This document shows positions 39,096 through 48,743 of a stretch of DNA of 64,000 bases, in pieces. The notes below the pieces were generated by a model, which saw only the letters and a program-made list of their open reading frames with translations, was not told the DNA's origin and searched no databases. The stretch's first letter is position 1; each line of letters begins with the position of its first letter. The DNA is from an uncultured Candidatus Rokubacteria bacterium (GTDB lineage Bacteria; Methylomirabilota; Methylomirabilia; Rokubacteriales; DASRDR01): positions 640,001-704,000 of the forward strand of contig CAWDVE010000010.1 in assembly GCA_963805625.1 (NCBI GenBank), in the 5' to 3' direction. The position numbers and the translations under genes were made by a program.

Positions 39096-40223
39096 CTAGT
39101 GCCCGCGCCGTCGATGGGCACCGAGCAGGTCCATGCCGAAGTCGCCGACCGGATCACGCCACACGGTGTGCACGTGGTTGGCGTTCCGGGTGGTGTTGTC
39201 GTACTCCACGAGAAGGCGGTGCCCTTGGAGACGGTAGTAGTGTGGTCGAGAAGGCTTGAGGCTCCCGGCCCACGCCAGATGCAGGGCCGGAAACGACGGC
39301 CCGCTGACCTTGGCCATCTCAGGCCCGGCGATCTCCTCCGGTAGACGCCCCACGTACGTGTCGAGCAGCGCCTTCAGGAGTTCGTGCTGCGATGAAGTCA
39401 TCGCCGACGCGGGCAGTCCCTTCGGCACGGTCGTGAAGCGCAGGAGGTCGACGTGCGCGCCCGTCAGCCCGACCTTCGCCTCCTCGGCGTCCTGGAACCG
39501 CTCGAGATAGTCCAGGAGCTCGCCACGCCACTCGTCACGCCACACCCTCGCCAGCCGAAGTGGGCCATCGCCCTCGCTCAGAACCGTGCGATTCGCCCCG
39601 ACCAGGTCGATCGGTGGCACCGGCGAGAGCACCGCAACCTGTCGCTGCTCGTCACTCAGCGAGTGGAGAAGCTCGAATGCAAGGTCGGTGCAGGCCCCGA
39701 GCGGGCGCAGCTGATGCGGCCCCAGCAGCGGGGACGAGGCGGGGTCGGCGCCCAGGAAGCATGGCGTGAAGGCACGCAGCTCTCCACCAACCACCGTGTG
39801 GTGCACCGACACGTGATGGCCGCCGAAGCGCCAGGACCACGTGTCGGCGCCAGGCGTGCCGAAGATGCGCAGGTAGTAGCGGCCGGAGTCCCGCCCGCGC
39901 GCCTGTCCGAAGGACGCCCGCCAGCTCTCGAGCTCATCGAGGACGTTCTCGAGTCCCATGATGGTCGCGGCCGTCACGTAACCGGCCCGGCTCAGTCCCG
40001 TCGCCACAAGACGCATGGCGAGCCGCTGCTGCGCCGGCTCCATCTCCCCCAGGGTGAGACCGCCATGGTCGGTCGGCGTGTAGAACCAGCGAAGGCGCTC
40101 CTCGTCTGAGGGGAATTCCCAGCAAGCCTGCCGTCGCTGGTCCGAGGACAGTGAGTCGAGCAGCGTCTGGGCCGCCTCGGCCATCCGGTCAGCGAGAGCT
40201 CCGTTGTCACGCGAGGGGCTCAC
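39096..40223 (-). CDS. DUF3500 family protein
   Basis: WFYTP, LSRAGY, WRFGGHHVSVH, TPCFLGADP, YYRLQG..LLVEYDN..NHVHTVWRD. Confidence 0.85.
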   Translation of the reverse strand: MSPSRDNGALADRMAEAAQTLLDSLSSDQRRQACWEFPSDEERLRWFYTPTDHGGLTLGEMEPAQQRLAMRLVATGLSRAGYVTAATIMGLENVLDELESWRASFGQARGRDSGRYYLRIFGTPGADTWSWRFGGHHVSVHHTVVGGELRAFTPCFLGADPASSPLLGPHQLRPLGACTDLAFELLHSLSDEQRQVAVLSPVPPIDLVGANRTVLSEGDGPLRLARVWRDEWRGELLDYLERFQDAEEAKVGLTGAHVDLLRFTTVPKGLPASAMTSSQHELLKALLDTYVGRLPEEIAGPEMAKVSGPSFPALHLAWAGSLKPSRPHYYRLQGHRLLVEYDNTTRNANHVHTVWRDPVGDFGMDLLGAHRRRGH

Positions 40224-41392
40224 AGGCCTGGTCCACGCAGCCCGAAGATCAGCTCCGGATCGCCGGGCACCCAGGTGCCATCGAACTGGGACCGGCGGCC
40301 GATGCGTCGAGTGCGCTCGAGGAGTCGAGCGCCGAGCGCGACCTGCTCCGGCTCCCACCGGGCGAGCGCGGCCGGCACGTCGCGCTCGTGTCCGATCGCC
40401 TCGGACAGGCCCCAGGCATCGGCGGCCGCCTTCGCGGTTCCCGCCGCCGCGTGCGGTCTGACCACGAACGCGGCATCACCGATGAGACACACACGGCCGA
40501 AGGCCATACGCGGCACCTCGATGTCATAGACGACCTGGAGGAACGGTTGCGTGGTCTCACCGATAAGCCGCGCCATCGCGGAAGGAAGGCGCGCCCGGGC
40601 GACCGCCCGCATCTCGGCCACATGCCGTTCACTGGCCGCGCCCGGTGGGACCGAGATCTCCCGCTGCAGCCCGCTGTCGTCAGTGAGCACGTCGTCCAGG
40701 TCGCTGCCCTCAAGATAGTTTCGGTACCAGACGAAGTTGAGGAGCCGGTCCCCGGGCGCCACCGACCCATCCGGCCCGGGTATGGGGTACACCAGGATGT
40801 GGCTGTTCGCGTACACGTAGTAGGTGATGGCGCCGTCGAACATCGCGCGGGTCGCTCCGTCCAGGCAGGCCTCCGCCACCATGCCGCGCCACGCCACGTA
40901 GCCGGAGTAGGACGGCTGGACGCCGGGCAAGAGACGCGCCCGTGCGATCGAGCCCACCCCGTCCGCGCACACGAGGAGGTCAACGCGCCGTGGCGGTCGC
41001 CCAGCGAGGTGGACCTCCACGGTGTCGCCATCATCGGCCCATCCGGTCATCTCGTGGCCGAGGTGATACCGTGATGGCTGGATCCGCGTCAACAGCTCCC
41101 GGTACACCGTATTCCACGAGCTGAACCGATACGAGTGCCGCCCGTCGTAGATCGGCTCACCGCGACGGCCCAGGTACCGGATGTGCGACGTGGCGACGCT
41201 GATGCGATCGAGGGCCACGCCGGCCCGCTCGACGAGATAGCGTGCGCTCTCCGGCAAGAAGCCGATGCCCGCGCCGCGCTGCACCAACTCGCCGGGGGAC
41301 CGCTCGTAGACGTCGACCTCGGCTCCGAGGTCAGTGAGTAGCAGTGCCGCGTGAAGCCCCCCGAGCGAACCGCCAACTACCGCCGCGCGCAT
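40220..41392 (-). CDS. FAD-dependent monooxygenase, 2,6-dihydroxypyridine hydroxylase-like
   Basis: VVGGSLGGL, RGAGI, ADGVGS, YSGYVAWRG, NFVWY, LIGDAAFVVRPHAAAGTAKA. Confidence 0.88.
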   Translation of the reverse strand: MRAAVVGGSLGGLHAALLLTDLGAEVDVYERSPGELVQRGAGIGFLPESARYLVERAGVALDRISVATSHIRYLGRRGEPIYDGRHSYRFSSWNTVYRELLTRIQPSRYHLGHEMTGWADDGDTVEVHLAGRPPRRVDLLVCADGVGSIARARLLPGVQPSYSGYVAWRGMVAEACLDGATRAMFDGAITYYVYANSHILVYPIPGPDGSVAPGDRLLNFVWYRNYLEGSDLDDVLTDDSGLQREISVPPGAASERHVAEMRAVARARLPSAMARLIGETTQPFLQVVYDIEVPRMAFGRVCLIGDAAFVVRPHAAAGTAKAAADAWGLSEAIGHERDVPAALARWEPEQVALGARLLERTRRIGRRSQFDGTWVPGDPELIFGLRGPGL

Positions 41393-41404
41393 GCCGCGCG
41401 ACGG

Positions 41405-41926
41405 TCAGGGCTTGCCGAAGGTGGCCACCTTGTCGACCGCGCACTCGAAGAGCACCCGCCGCTCGTTGCGTGATGGGTCGCGCAGACCGTATGGCGGGGG
41501 CTGCTTGGTGTATTTGGTCCAGATCTTGTCGACCTGGGCGGTGACGCGAGAGCCTTCTCGCGGGTCGTCCTCCGAGACCTCGCGCGTGACCGTGCACTTG
41601 ATGCTGACCCAGTGGTAGGGGTTTGCCGGGTTCATCAGCAGGATCGTGAGTCGCGGATTCGTCCGGATCCACTGGACCTTCTTCCGGTGAGAGGCGACGT
41701 TCACGAGGACCGTCGAGCCGGAATAGTCGAACCACATGGGCGTCAGGTTCGGGCGGCCATCCTTCCCCTGCACCGCGAACACCGCTGTCACCGGCTCGTC
41801 CAGCAAGCGCTTGTACATCGGGTCGAGATGCTCGAGCGAGCCGATCCTGTCGTGCGACCCCACCGAGAACTGGTTCGGCTGCAGGCCGCTGGCCACATCG
41901 AGGAACCGCGCCACCGTGATCGCCAT
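41405..41926 (-). CDS. PPOX-class (probable F420/FMN split-barrel) protein
   Basis: DGRPNLTPMWF, RKKVQWIRTNPRLTILL..PANPYHWV. Confidence 0.8.
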   Translation of the reverse strand: MAITVARFLDVASGLQPNQFSVGSHDRIGSLEHLDPMYKRLLDEPVTAVFAVQGKDGRPNLTPMWFDYSGSTVLVNVASHRKKVQWIRTNPRLTILLMNPANPYHWVSIKCTVTREVSEDDPREGSRVTAQVDKIWTKYTKQPPPYGLRDPSRNERRVLFECAVDKVATFGKP

Positions 41927-42254
41927 GGGCTTCTCCCTCTCCCCGTGCGACGGGTCCGTAATGAGCATCACGTTACCACCGAACTTCCGATCCTTCCGCC
42001 CTCCGCTCGACGAACACCCGCGCAAGCTCGCTTCGGCCGGAGAATGCCTTCACCGGGTCGTTCCCAGCCCGACCCCGAGCTTCGCTGTCCGGTCGGCCGG
42101 ATCCAAGCGCTCGCCGTGGCTCCAAAAGGTTGCGGCCAAGGTCCACCTGACTGGCTATGTGGTCGGAGTGCCACCGGAAAAGGCCGATGCTCCGGCCCAG
42201 ATCCTCGCCACATTCGGCGGCGGCGTCGACGCTTTCCGAAAGATCGCCCTCGCG

Positions 42255-42582
42255 ACGAGCTGATGACATCGCCCGGCTTGTACTGCTTCATGTCGCCGCT
42301 TTCCCGCAACTCCGTCAGCGTCCCTTCCAGGATGTACGCGAACTCCGGCCGGTTCTTGTGGCTGTGAAGGCCGGGCACGCCGGCGGGCTCGATCGTGATG
42401 GTTCGCAACCGAAGCTGGTAGCCCGGCATGTCAGGCGCTAGATCGATCGTGCTCACCACCTTCGCGTCCAGCCCTTTGTTGTCCTTCGGCGGGCTCTGCT
42501 GGCCGATGGCCGTCCCGAGCCCGATCCCGGCTACCAGCGTAAGCAACAAGGCCCCTAAGCGGAGAGACCGTCTTGCCGTCAT
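42255..42582 (-). pseudogene. Secreted cupin, C-terminally truncated
   Basis: Signal peptide, LRTITIEPAG..LHSH..PEFAYILEGTL...PGD; the second cupin His motif is missing and sequence then diverges. Confidence 0.65.
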
Positions 42583-42927
42583 GAGCGTCCTCCTTTGAGA
42601 TAGTTGGGTGGCGCCCACGCCTTCAACAAGGTTCGGGGGCCGTGGGGGAGAGGAATGGTGTCGTCATAGGGGGACACCTCGCCGGCGGTTGAATGCTGGC
42701 CTGGCTCGGGCGGCACTGGAGCGGATGCCACGGCGGCACATTCCCCGCGCGGGCCGCCCCGAAAGCGTGTCCCGAGGTCCGAAGTCTATCGCTCCCGACG
42801 TTCCGTCGAGAGCCCGGCTGGCGCCTCGGCCCCGGGCGCGGTAGGGTCGGGGGCGGTCCCCGCCCGGGTCACGACGGCCCCGGCGCCGCTCTTGATCCGA
42901 GCGGATCTGCGGAACGAGCAATAGGGC

Positions 42928-43215
42928 ATGGTTGCTGAGCCGGAACAGCTAGGATGGGAGTTCTGGCTACAGTGGTTCGTGGCCACGCCGGTCGGCGTCG
43001 CAGTGGGTGCGGTAATGGCCGGAGTTCGCGATCTGAGTACGGTTCTAGCGACGGGCTCTGACTTCGGTCATTTGGTGTTCGGGGCTGGGCGGTGACTCGG
43101 CTGGGACTCGGGATCGGAGTTTGCCAGCGGTGGGTACTGCGGCGAGAGATCCCGACAATTCGCTTTTGGGTGTGGGCGGGCGCCAGTGGCCAGGCCATCG
43201 GCTTGTTCGCGAGGA
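42928..43215 (+). pseudogene. Frameshifted Trp/Gly-rich membrane protein remnant
   Basis: MVAEPEQLGWEFWLQWFVATPVG..., stop, then other frame GLGIGVCQRWVLRREIP..FWVWAGASGQAIG. Confidence 0.5.
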
Positions 43216-43219
43216 ATGC

Positions 43220-43263
43220 ATCCCGCCCTCGGTGCTGGCGCGGGCGGACGAGGTGATCAGTAG
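43220..43263 (+). pseudogene. 3' tip of an ABC substrate-binding protein gene (PF04392-like)
   Basis: ATCCCGCCCTCGGTGCTGGCGCGGGCGGACGAGGTGATC(C)AGTAG = IPPSVLARADEVI(Q)*. Confidence 0.7.
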
Positions 43264-43586
43264 TGCCTAACCGTGCCGAGTTGCCTCGCTGGGTGATCAT
43301 CGTGCGGTGTGACAAGCCTGGGCTCTGCGAACACCTACGCAACAGCTACGAGGGAGATGCCCGAGCGGAGGTGATCTTCGACCGGCGTCTGGCGGCCTCG
43401 ACGGAGATGCCCGTCGAGGCGGATGCGCGACGATCGGAGCGCAGAATTCGCGACCGGCGCGCTGCTGCGCAAGGCGATCGGCGCCAGGCGGCGCGACGTC
43501 AGCCCCTAACGCCCTCGCAGCATGCATTCTGGGTCACCGAGGGGTTCTTCATGGTCCGACGTGCGCCGGATGTACCGAGCGCATGA
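43263..43586 (+). CDS. Hypothetical protein with DRR/ERR Arg repeats
   Basis: VIIVRCDKPGLCEHLR...EVIFDRR...ERRIRDRR...DRRQAARR...WVTEGFFMV. Confidence 0.6.
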   Translation: MPNRAELPRWVIIVRCDKPGLCEHLRNSYEGDARAEVIFDRRLAASTEMPVEADARRSERRIRDRRAAAQGDRRQAARRQPLTPSQHAFWVTEGFFMVRRAPDVPSA

Positions 43587-43864
43587 CTCCGCGGATCTGG
43601 CTTGACGCCGCCGGCCGACCTCGGCCGACTCTCGCCTGCTGGACCTGTGGCTGGGAGGTCGCGCCGATGCGATTCCGGGCCGACGACCCCCGGCCGTATG
43701 GGGGGCGGCCGCTCCAGACGCTTCACGTCCCCGACTGGTGCGGGTGCACGACGGAGTATCTCCCTGTGCCCGACGGTGCCGGCTGGTGGTGGCTCGTGTC
43801 GATGTGGGAACCTGGCCAGACGGTCAATCCTCTTCGCCGATACGAGCCGGCGGAGTCCCGGTGA
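43583..43864 (+). CDS. Small Cys/Trp-rich hypothetical protein
   Basis: CWTC and WCGC motifs; start and stop overlap both neighbours. Confidence 0.55.
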   Translation: MTPRIWLDAAGRPRPTLACWTCGWEVAPMRFRADDPRPYGGRPLQTLHVPDWCGCTTEYLPVPDGAGWWWLVSMWEPGQTVNPLRRYEPAESR

Positions 43865-45012
43865 CGGCGACGACCCCCGGGACGCCCTTGCGCGTCGGAA
43901 TTTCGTTCGGCGCGCTCTACGGCGACCCGGCAGAGGTGGCTGCGCTGGGTGCCGAGGCAGAGGCCGGGGGGATCGAGATCCTTTGGGTCCCTGACTCCCC
44001 GATGATCTACCGGGACCCGTACGCCACGCTCGGGCTCCTTGCCGGGCAGACCCGACGGGTGGCGCTCGGGACGCTCGCGACGAACCCCGTGACCCGACAC
44101 CCGGCGGTCACGGCGACCGCAATCCTCACCATTCAGGAACTCTCGGGCGGCCGAGCCCGGCTCGGCATCGCCACCGGGGACTCGGCGGTGCGCCGGCTCG
44201 GCGTGCCGCCCGTCCCCGTCGCCGAGCTCGAGGGGGCTGTCCGCACGATCCGCGCCCTGCTGCGGGGCGGCCCGGCGCCGGGCGACGAGGGTGGCTTTTC
44301 GCTGCGCTTCGCGCGTCCGGCGGCGGCGCCCCCCGTCTACATCGTGGCGAGCGGCTCGCGGGCCCTCGAGGCGGCGGGCCGGGTCGCAGACGGGGTCGTG
44401 CTCAACGTGGGCGTCCACCCCGTGGTGCTCCGGGCCGCGCTCGAGCACGTCCGAGCGGGGGCTCGCTCGGCCGGCCGAAGGCCCGAGGAGGTGGCCGTCG
44501 TCGTCTTCGCGTTCTGTGCGATCGCGGACGACCGGACGACGGCGCGAATGCGGCTCAAGCCGAGCGTATCGTGGTTCTGTCAGCGGGTTCCATCGCTCAC
44601 TGAGGTCGCCGGCCTGCCGCTCGCGGAGCCGGTCCGGGCCGGGCTCCGCCGCTTTGACGCCGACTACGCGCGGTACGATCTCGTGCACGCGGAGGGGTGG
44701 GCCCTGGCGATGCGCGACGCGAGCTTCCTGCCGGACCCCTACGTGGACGCCTTCGCGCTTGGCGGCACCCCCGCCGATGTCACGGCCCAACTCCGCGGCC
44801 TTCAGACCCTGGGGATCCCCGAGATCGCGATCCGCCCGACCTGCCGCGAGGATTGGATGCCCACAGTGCGGGCCCTCGCGGCGTCGGTGGTCCCGGCCCT
44901 GCGCCGCCTCATCCCGAGCGCGGCCCCCGCGGCGTCATCTTCGGTCAGCGGAACCGCCAGGGATCACGCGCCAAGGACGGAACCAAAGGGTCCGAGCTCT
45001 TCCACTGCCTGA
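43861..45012 (+). CDS. LLM-class flavin/F420-dependent oxidoreductase
   Basis: LWVPDS, ATNPVTRHPAVTA, SGGRARLGIATGDS, AGRVADGV. The tail after ~44915 looks like read-through. Confidence 0.85.
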   Translation: MTATTPGTPLRVGISFGALYGDPAEVAALGAEAEAGGIEILWVPDSPMIYRDPYATLGLLAGQTRRVALGTLATNPVTRHPAVTATAILTIQELSGGRARLGIATGDSAVRRLGVPPVPVAELEGAVRTIRALLRGGPAPGDEGGFSLRFARPAAAPPVYIVASGSRALEAAGRVADGVVLNVGVHPVVLRAALEHVRAGARSAGRRPEEVAVVVFAFCAIADDRTTARMRLKPSVSWFCQRVPSLTEVAGLPLAEPVRAGLRRFDADYARYDLVHAEGWALAMRDASFLPDPYVDAFALGGTPADVTAQLRGLQTLGIPEIAIRPTCREDWMPTVRALAASVVPALRRLIPSAAPAASSSVSGTARDHAPRTEPKGPSSSTA

Positions 45013-45054
45013 TCGCCCTTCGCTACTTCGGGGATGCGCGCCGAGAAGGTCTGC

Positions 45055-45160
45055 GTGAGGAGGCCGACTTCACCTAGGATCAGGATCGCGTGGCTGGCGC
45101 CAGTGCGCGACAGGAGGCCAGCGATCAGGACATCGGCGTCGAGGCAGACCGCGACCGGCT
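45055..45160 (-). pseudogene. PIN-domain (VapC-like) toxin N-terminal fragment
   Basis: VAVCLDADVLIAGLLSRTGASHAILILGE. Confidence 0.6.
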
Positions 45161-45801
45161 CAGTCTTCCCGGTCGGGGCCACCAAGATCTTTCAGCGACA
45201 GCTTCCGGGCTCGCCGCAAACGCTCCATCTCCGCGGCAAGCCGTGGCACGACCAGGAACCGTGGGCTGAGTAGGACGGCGCCGTGCTGGATCTCATCCGG
45301 GGCGTTCGGGTCGACCTCGCGTGCCGAGTCCCAGTAGGCGCGGAGCATGGTCATGCCGCCCGTGAAATCCCACACGCACGCGGCGACCGTGCCTCCATCG
45401 CGTGTGACGCGCATCATCTCTCCCAAAGCGGCGGCCGGATCGTCGACGAAGTGGAAGACGAGCTGCGCCAGCGCACGGTCGAAGCTCCGGTCGGCGAAGG
45501 GGAGCGCCTCGGCGGGCCCGACCCGGACGTCCGCGCCGGGAACATTCGCACGGCACTGGGCAACGAACGGCTCGGACGGGTCGGCGGCGGCAACGTGATC
45601 AGGGCCGATGAGCTCGGCCAGGACCGAGGTCAGCGCACCCGTCCCGCAGCCGACGTCGACGACCCGCTCGCCCGCTGCGACACCCGTGGCCCGGGCGAAC
45701 TCGTGCGCGAGCGGCCGGCTGTAGCGGCCCATGAAGCGCTCGTAGGCGTCGGCTTTCTGGAAGAGAACCTGATCAGAGCCGGGCGAGGTCATCGGGTGCA
45801 T
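45160..45801 (-). pseudogene. Class I SAM methyltransferase N-terminus fused to an AbrB-like antitoxin C-terminus
   Basis: YERFMGRYS, VDVGCGTG, AEALPF, WDFTGGM; after PDEIQ (~45285) switches to GAVLLSPRFLVVPRLAAEMERLRRARKLSLKDL. Confidence 0.6.
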
Positions 45802-45834
45802 GAGCCCACCTCTCGGATATCCATGCGATAGAAC

Positions 45835-46520
45835 CTACGCCTTGATGGGGGGCCGGACAGGCAGAACCGCAAGGTCTTTCCAGCCGATCGGAGCCCCCGC
45901 CTCCTGCGACGCCACCTCGGCCGGCTTTGTGGCGTCCCACCGGATGCCGAGGAAGCGACGTCCCGTGACATCATTCGCTTCGTCCGAACACAGCCAGTAC
46001 ACCGGGGGCAGTATCACATCGGGAGGCAGGAGTTCCTCGCGGCGGAAGGGAGCTTGCGAAGGAATCATCGGCGTGTTGACGACGCCCCCCGGGATCACCA
46101 CGTTTGTGGTGACACCCGTCCCTTCGAGGTCGGCCGCCATCACCGCGCTGAGTGCTTCCGCGGAGGCCTTGCTTGGGCCATACGGCGTCCAGCCGCCCCT
46201 GAGCATGGTTCCCAAGCTCGTCGTGAGGTTGATAATTCGGCCCCAGCGTCTCTCGATCATCGGCATTACCAGTTCACGGCTCAACAGGAAGACGGCCGTC
46301 GCATTGACGGCGATCGCGCGCTGCCACTGCTGTGGCGTGACCTCGTAGAACTTCGGAGAGTGTATGTGGTAGTCGGGGCACTTGGCCCTGGCCGATGCCG
46401 GCATTGTTGATCAGGATGTCGACATGTCCGAACGGCTCGAGGACTTGTGACGAGAGCGCGGCTGCGTCGAAGTGAGTGAGATCTGCCCGCACGGTGGCCA
46501 GACTGGTTCCATGCGGCCAC
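45835..46520 (-). pseudogene. SDR oxidoreductase, frameshifted, N-terminus lost
   Basis: DILINNAG and YGPSK in different frames (shift ~46378); no TGxxxGxG motif seen. Confidence 0.75.
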
Positions 46521-46670
46521 GGGCGTCGAGGTGCTCGCCCGGGATCGATCGGGCTCGCTCGGCTCGGTTCATCACAACCCACCCCGACGCTTGAGCCGAG
46601 CCGTCTTGACGTCGACTCCCGACATCACCATGCTGGCCACATCGGCCCAGATCATACAAGGAGCCCCGCG

Positions 46671-47297
46671 ATGAATCAGCAGCGGCTGTCCATGCACCTC
46701 GGCGAGGCGATCTTCTCCCAGCGGTCGGTGCGGAACTTCAGGCCCGACCCCATCCCTGTGGAGGACCTGCACTTGATCATGGAAGCCGCGGTCAGGGCGC
46801 CCAACGGGGGGAACAGCCAGCCAGGCCGGTTCCTCATCGTCACCGACCGGCGGAAGATCCAGGAGTTCGGCAAGCTCTACCACGAGGCGTGGTGGGCCAA
46901 GCGCCGTGACGAGAAGCGAGGCTGGACGAAGCGGGAGGATATCCCGCCGGAGGAGAAGAGCTACCGCGCGGCGGCAGAGCTCGCCGACACCATCGGGCAG
47001 GTGCCGGCCGTCGTGTTTGCCTTCACGCAGCCGCCCGGCGGGGCCAACTCGGTCCTTCCCGCCTGCCAGAACCTCATGCTGGCCGCGGGCGCGCTTGGCA
47101 TCGGCTCCATCCCCACCACGCTGCATCCCCAGGTCATGGAGCGCTTCCACTCGCTGTTCGACATCCCGAAGGAGATGGCCTTCCACTTCTGCATCCCGCT
47201 CGGCTACCCGGCGGTGAAGTACGGGCCGTCGAGGCGCCGACCGACAGCGGAAACGACGTATCTGGACCGATGGGGCGGCCAGGTGCCGTGGGCCTGA
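46671..47297 (+). CDS. Nitroreductase family
   Basis: SQRSVRNF, RAPNGGNSQP, CQNLMLAA, IPLGYP. Confidence 0.9.
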   Translation: MNQQRLSMHLGEAIFSQRSVRNFRPDPIPVEDLHLIMEAAVRAPNGGNSQPGRFLIVTDRRKIQEFGKLYHEAWWAKRRDEKRGWTKREDIPPEEKSYRAAAELADTIGQVPAVVFAFTQPPGGANSVLPACQNLMLAAGALGIGSIPTTLHPQVMERFHSLFDIPKEMAFHFCIPLGYPAVKYGPSRRRPTAETTYLDRWGGQVPWA

Positions 47298-47344
47298 TCG
47301 GGCACGACGCCCGGCCGGAGGGCTGACCGGGCTCGTCGCCCCTG

Positions 47345-48355
47345 TTACGCGAGCGGCAGGATCGACTGGACTTGGGGCAGCCCACGGGCCAGCCGCGTCC
47401 ACTGCGCGTCGGGCCGCACGCGCCAGAGCTCGCCGGTGTCGGTGCCCACCAGCACGCCGCCCTTCATCTCGGGATCGGCGGTGACGGCGTGGATCTGGGC
47501 TGCCGACGGCGAGTGATCGGCGTCGCCCAGCGAACGCCAGCTCTCGCCGCCGTCAGTCGACTGGAGCAGCATGGCGCGGGCGCCGCCGGCGTCCTTGTAG
47601 CTCGAGAAAGCCGTGGGCGACGCGCCGACAGTCACCGCGTGCGGCGGCCGCGGGTCGATGCAGAGAGGACGCGTGTAGGGCGGGGTCATGCCGGACCATT
47701 GGTAGCGCCAGGTCTTGCCATGGTCGTCAGAGCGAAACATCCCGGCGATGCGCTTCGCCATCGGCTCGCTCTGGTCGATGCGCCCGAACCCGGTGGACGC
47801 AAACAGCACGCCAGGCTCATCGGGCTTGGCCACGATGTTGTGGAGATCGGGATTGCCGCCGGGCAGGGTGAACGTCCACGAGCGGCCGCCGTCCTCCGTG
47901 AGCATCATGCCGCCCACCTCGACGCCGACGCACCAGCGGTCGGGATTCTGGCGATCGATCACGATCGTCCGCGCGCGGGCGGGCCGCGGCGGATTGAGCG
48001 GCACGCACCACTGGTCGAATCCCGGCGCCCGCCGAAACGCGGCGATCTCGGTCCACGACGCTCCGGCGTCGCGCGAGAGGAAGATGCCGGCGGGCTCGGT
48101 GACCGCATAGAGCGTCTCCGCATCGCCGGGAGCCGCCGTCACATCCCAGACCTCGCGGTCGCCGATCCCGCTTCCCTGCCAGGTTCGCCCACCGTCCGCC
48201 GAGCGGAAGATTCCGGCGGTCGACCCGGCCAGGCACTGTTCTTTCACGCGCGAAAGGTGACGGACGCTCGGGCCCGTCAGGCTCGGCGACGATCCGCTGT
48301 CAGCCGCGTCCACCACAAAGATCCCCTGCGCCGTCCCGACGATCGCGATCTTCAT
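47345..48355 (-). CDS. BNR/Asp-box beta-propeller protein
   Basis: Repeated S.DGG.(T/S)W Asp-boxes. Confidence 0.85.
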   Translation of the reverse strand: MKIAIVGTAQGIFVVDAADSGSSPSLTGPSVRHLSRVKEQCLAGSTAGIFRSADGGRTWQGSGIGDREVWDVTAAPGDAETLYAVTEPAGIFLSRDAGASWTEIAAFRRAPGFDQWCVPLNPPRPARARTIVIDRQNPDRWCVGVEVGGMMLTEDGGRSWTFTLPGGNPDLHNIVAKPDEPGVLFASTGFGRIDQSEPMAKRIAGMFRSDDHGKTWRYQWSGMTPPYTRPLCIDPRPPHAVTVGASPTAFSSYKDAGGARAMLLQSTDGGESWRSLGDADHSPSAAQIHAVTADPEMKGGVLVGTDTGELWRVRPDAQWTRLARGLPQVQSILPLA

Positions 48356-48504
48356 GCGATACCTCCGATGAGCGAGACGTCCACGCCACTTCGCAACCCC
48401 TGGGCTGGCGGACGAAGCCACTCGTGGCCACTCGAATCGAGACTACGCGGCCGGCTTGTCCGGCGTCAAGGACGTTTGCGGTGAGCGGCGCCATCGCCCA
48501 CGAA

Positions 48505-48538
48505 TCGATACACCGTGACGCTCGATACACCGTGACGC
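48505..48538. repeat. Perfect 17-bp tandem repeat
   Basis: TCGATACACCGTGACGC twice (48505-21, 48522-38). Confidence 0.9.
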
Positions 48539-48577
48539 GGGCCGGCGCGTCCGCCGGCCACGATGCGCAGGCTTCCT

Positions 48578-48693
48578 CTCACCCCACGCCCAGCATCGGC
48601 TCCGGAACGGGCAGTCCTTGCAGTACCAGCCCGGATTCGGGTGGAAGACCCCAGCCTCGATCGCGCGGAGGACCTCAGCGACCATCCGGAAGG
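48578..48693 (-). pseudogene. C-terminal remnant of a PD-(D/E)XK (RecB/Cas4-like) nuclease
   Basis: RMVAEVLRAIEAGVFHPNPGWYCKDCPFRSRCWAW (P..CxxCPFxxxC Fe-S staple). Confidence 0.65.
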
Positions 48694-48743
48694 AACATTC
48701 CCAACACAAAAGGCACCCTGTGTGGTGCCTTCCAATTTCATGC

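Noticed and set aside
42040-42263. + strand segment ending ...QILATFGGGVDAFRKIALATS*
   Set aside because: Looks like a protein C-terminus but has no start and I cannot assign it
48505-48700. Cas4-like fragment plus repeat as a CRISPR locus
   Set aside because: Only two adjacent 17-bp copies, no spacers, no cas1 or cas2
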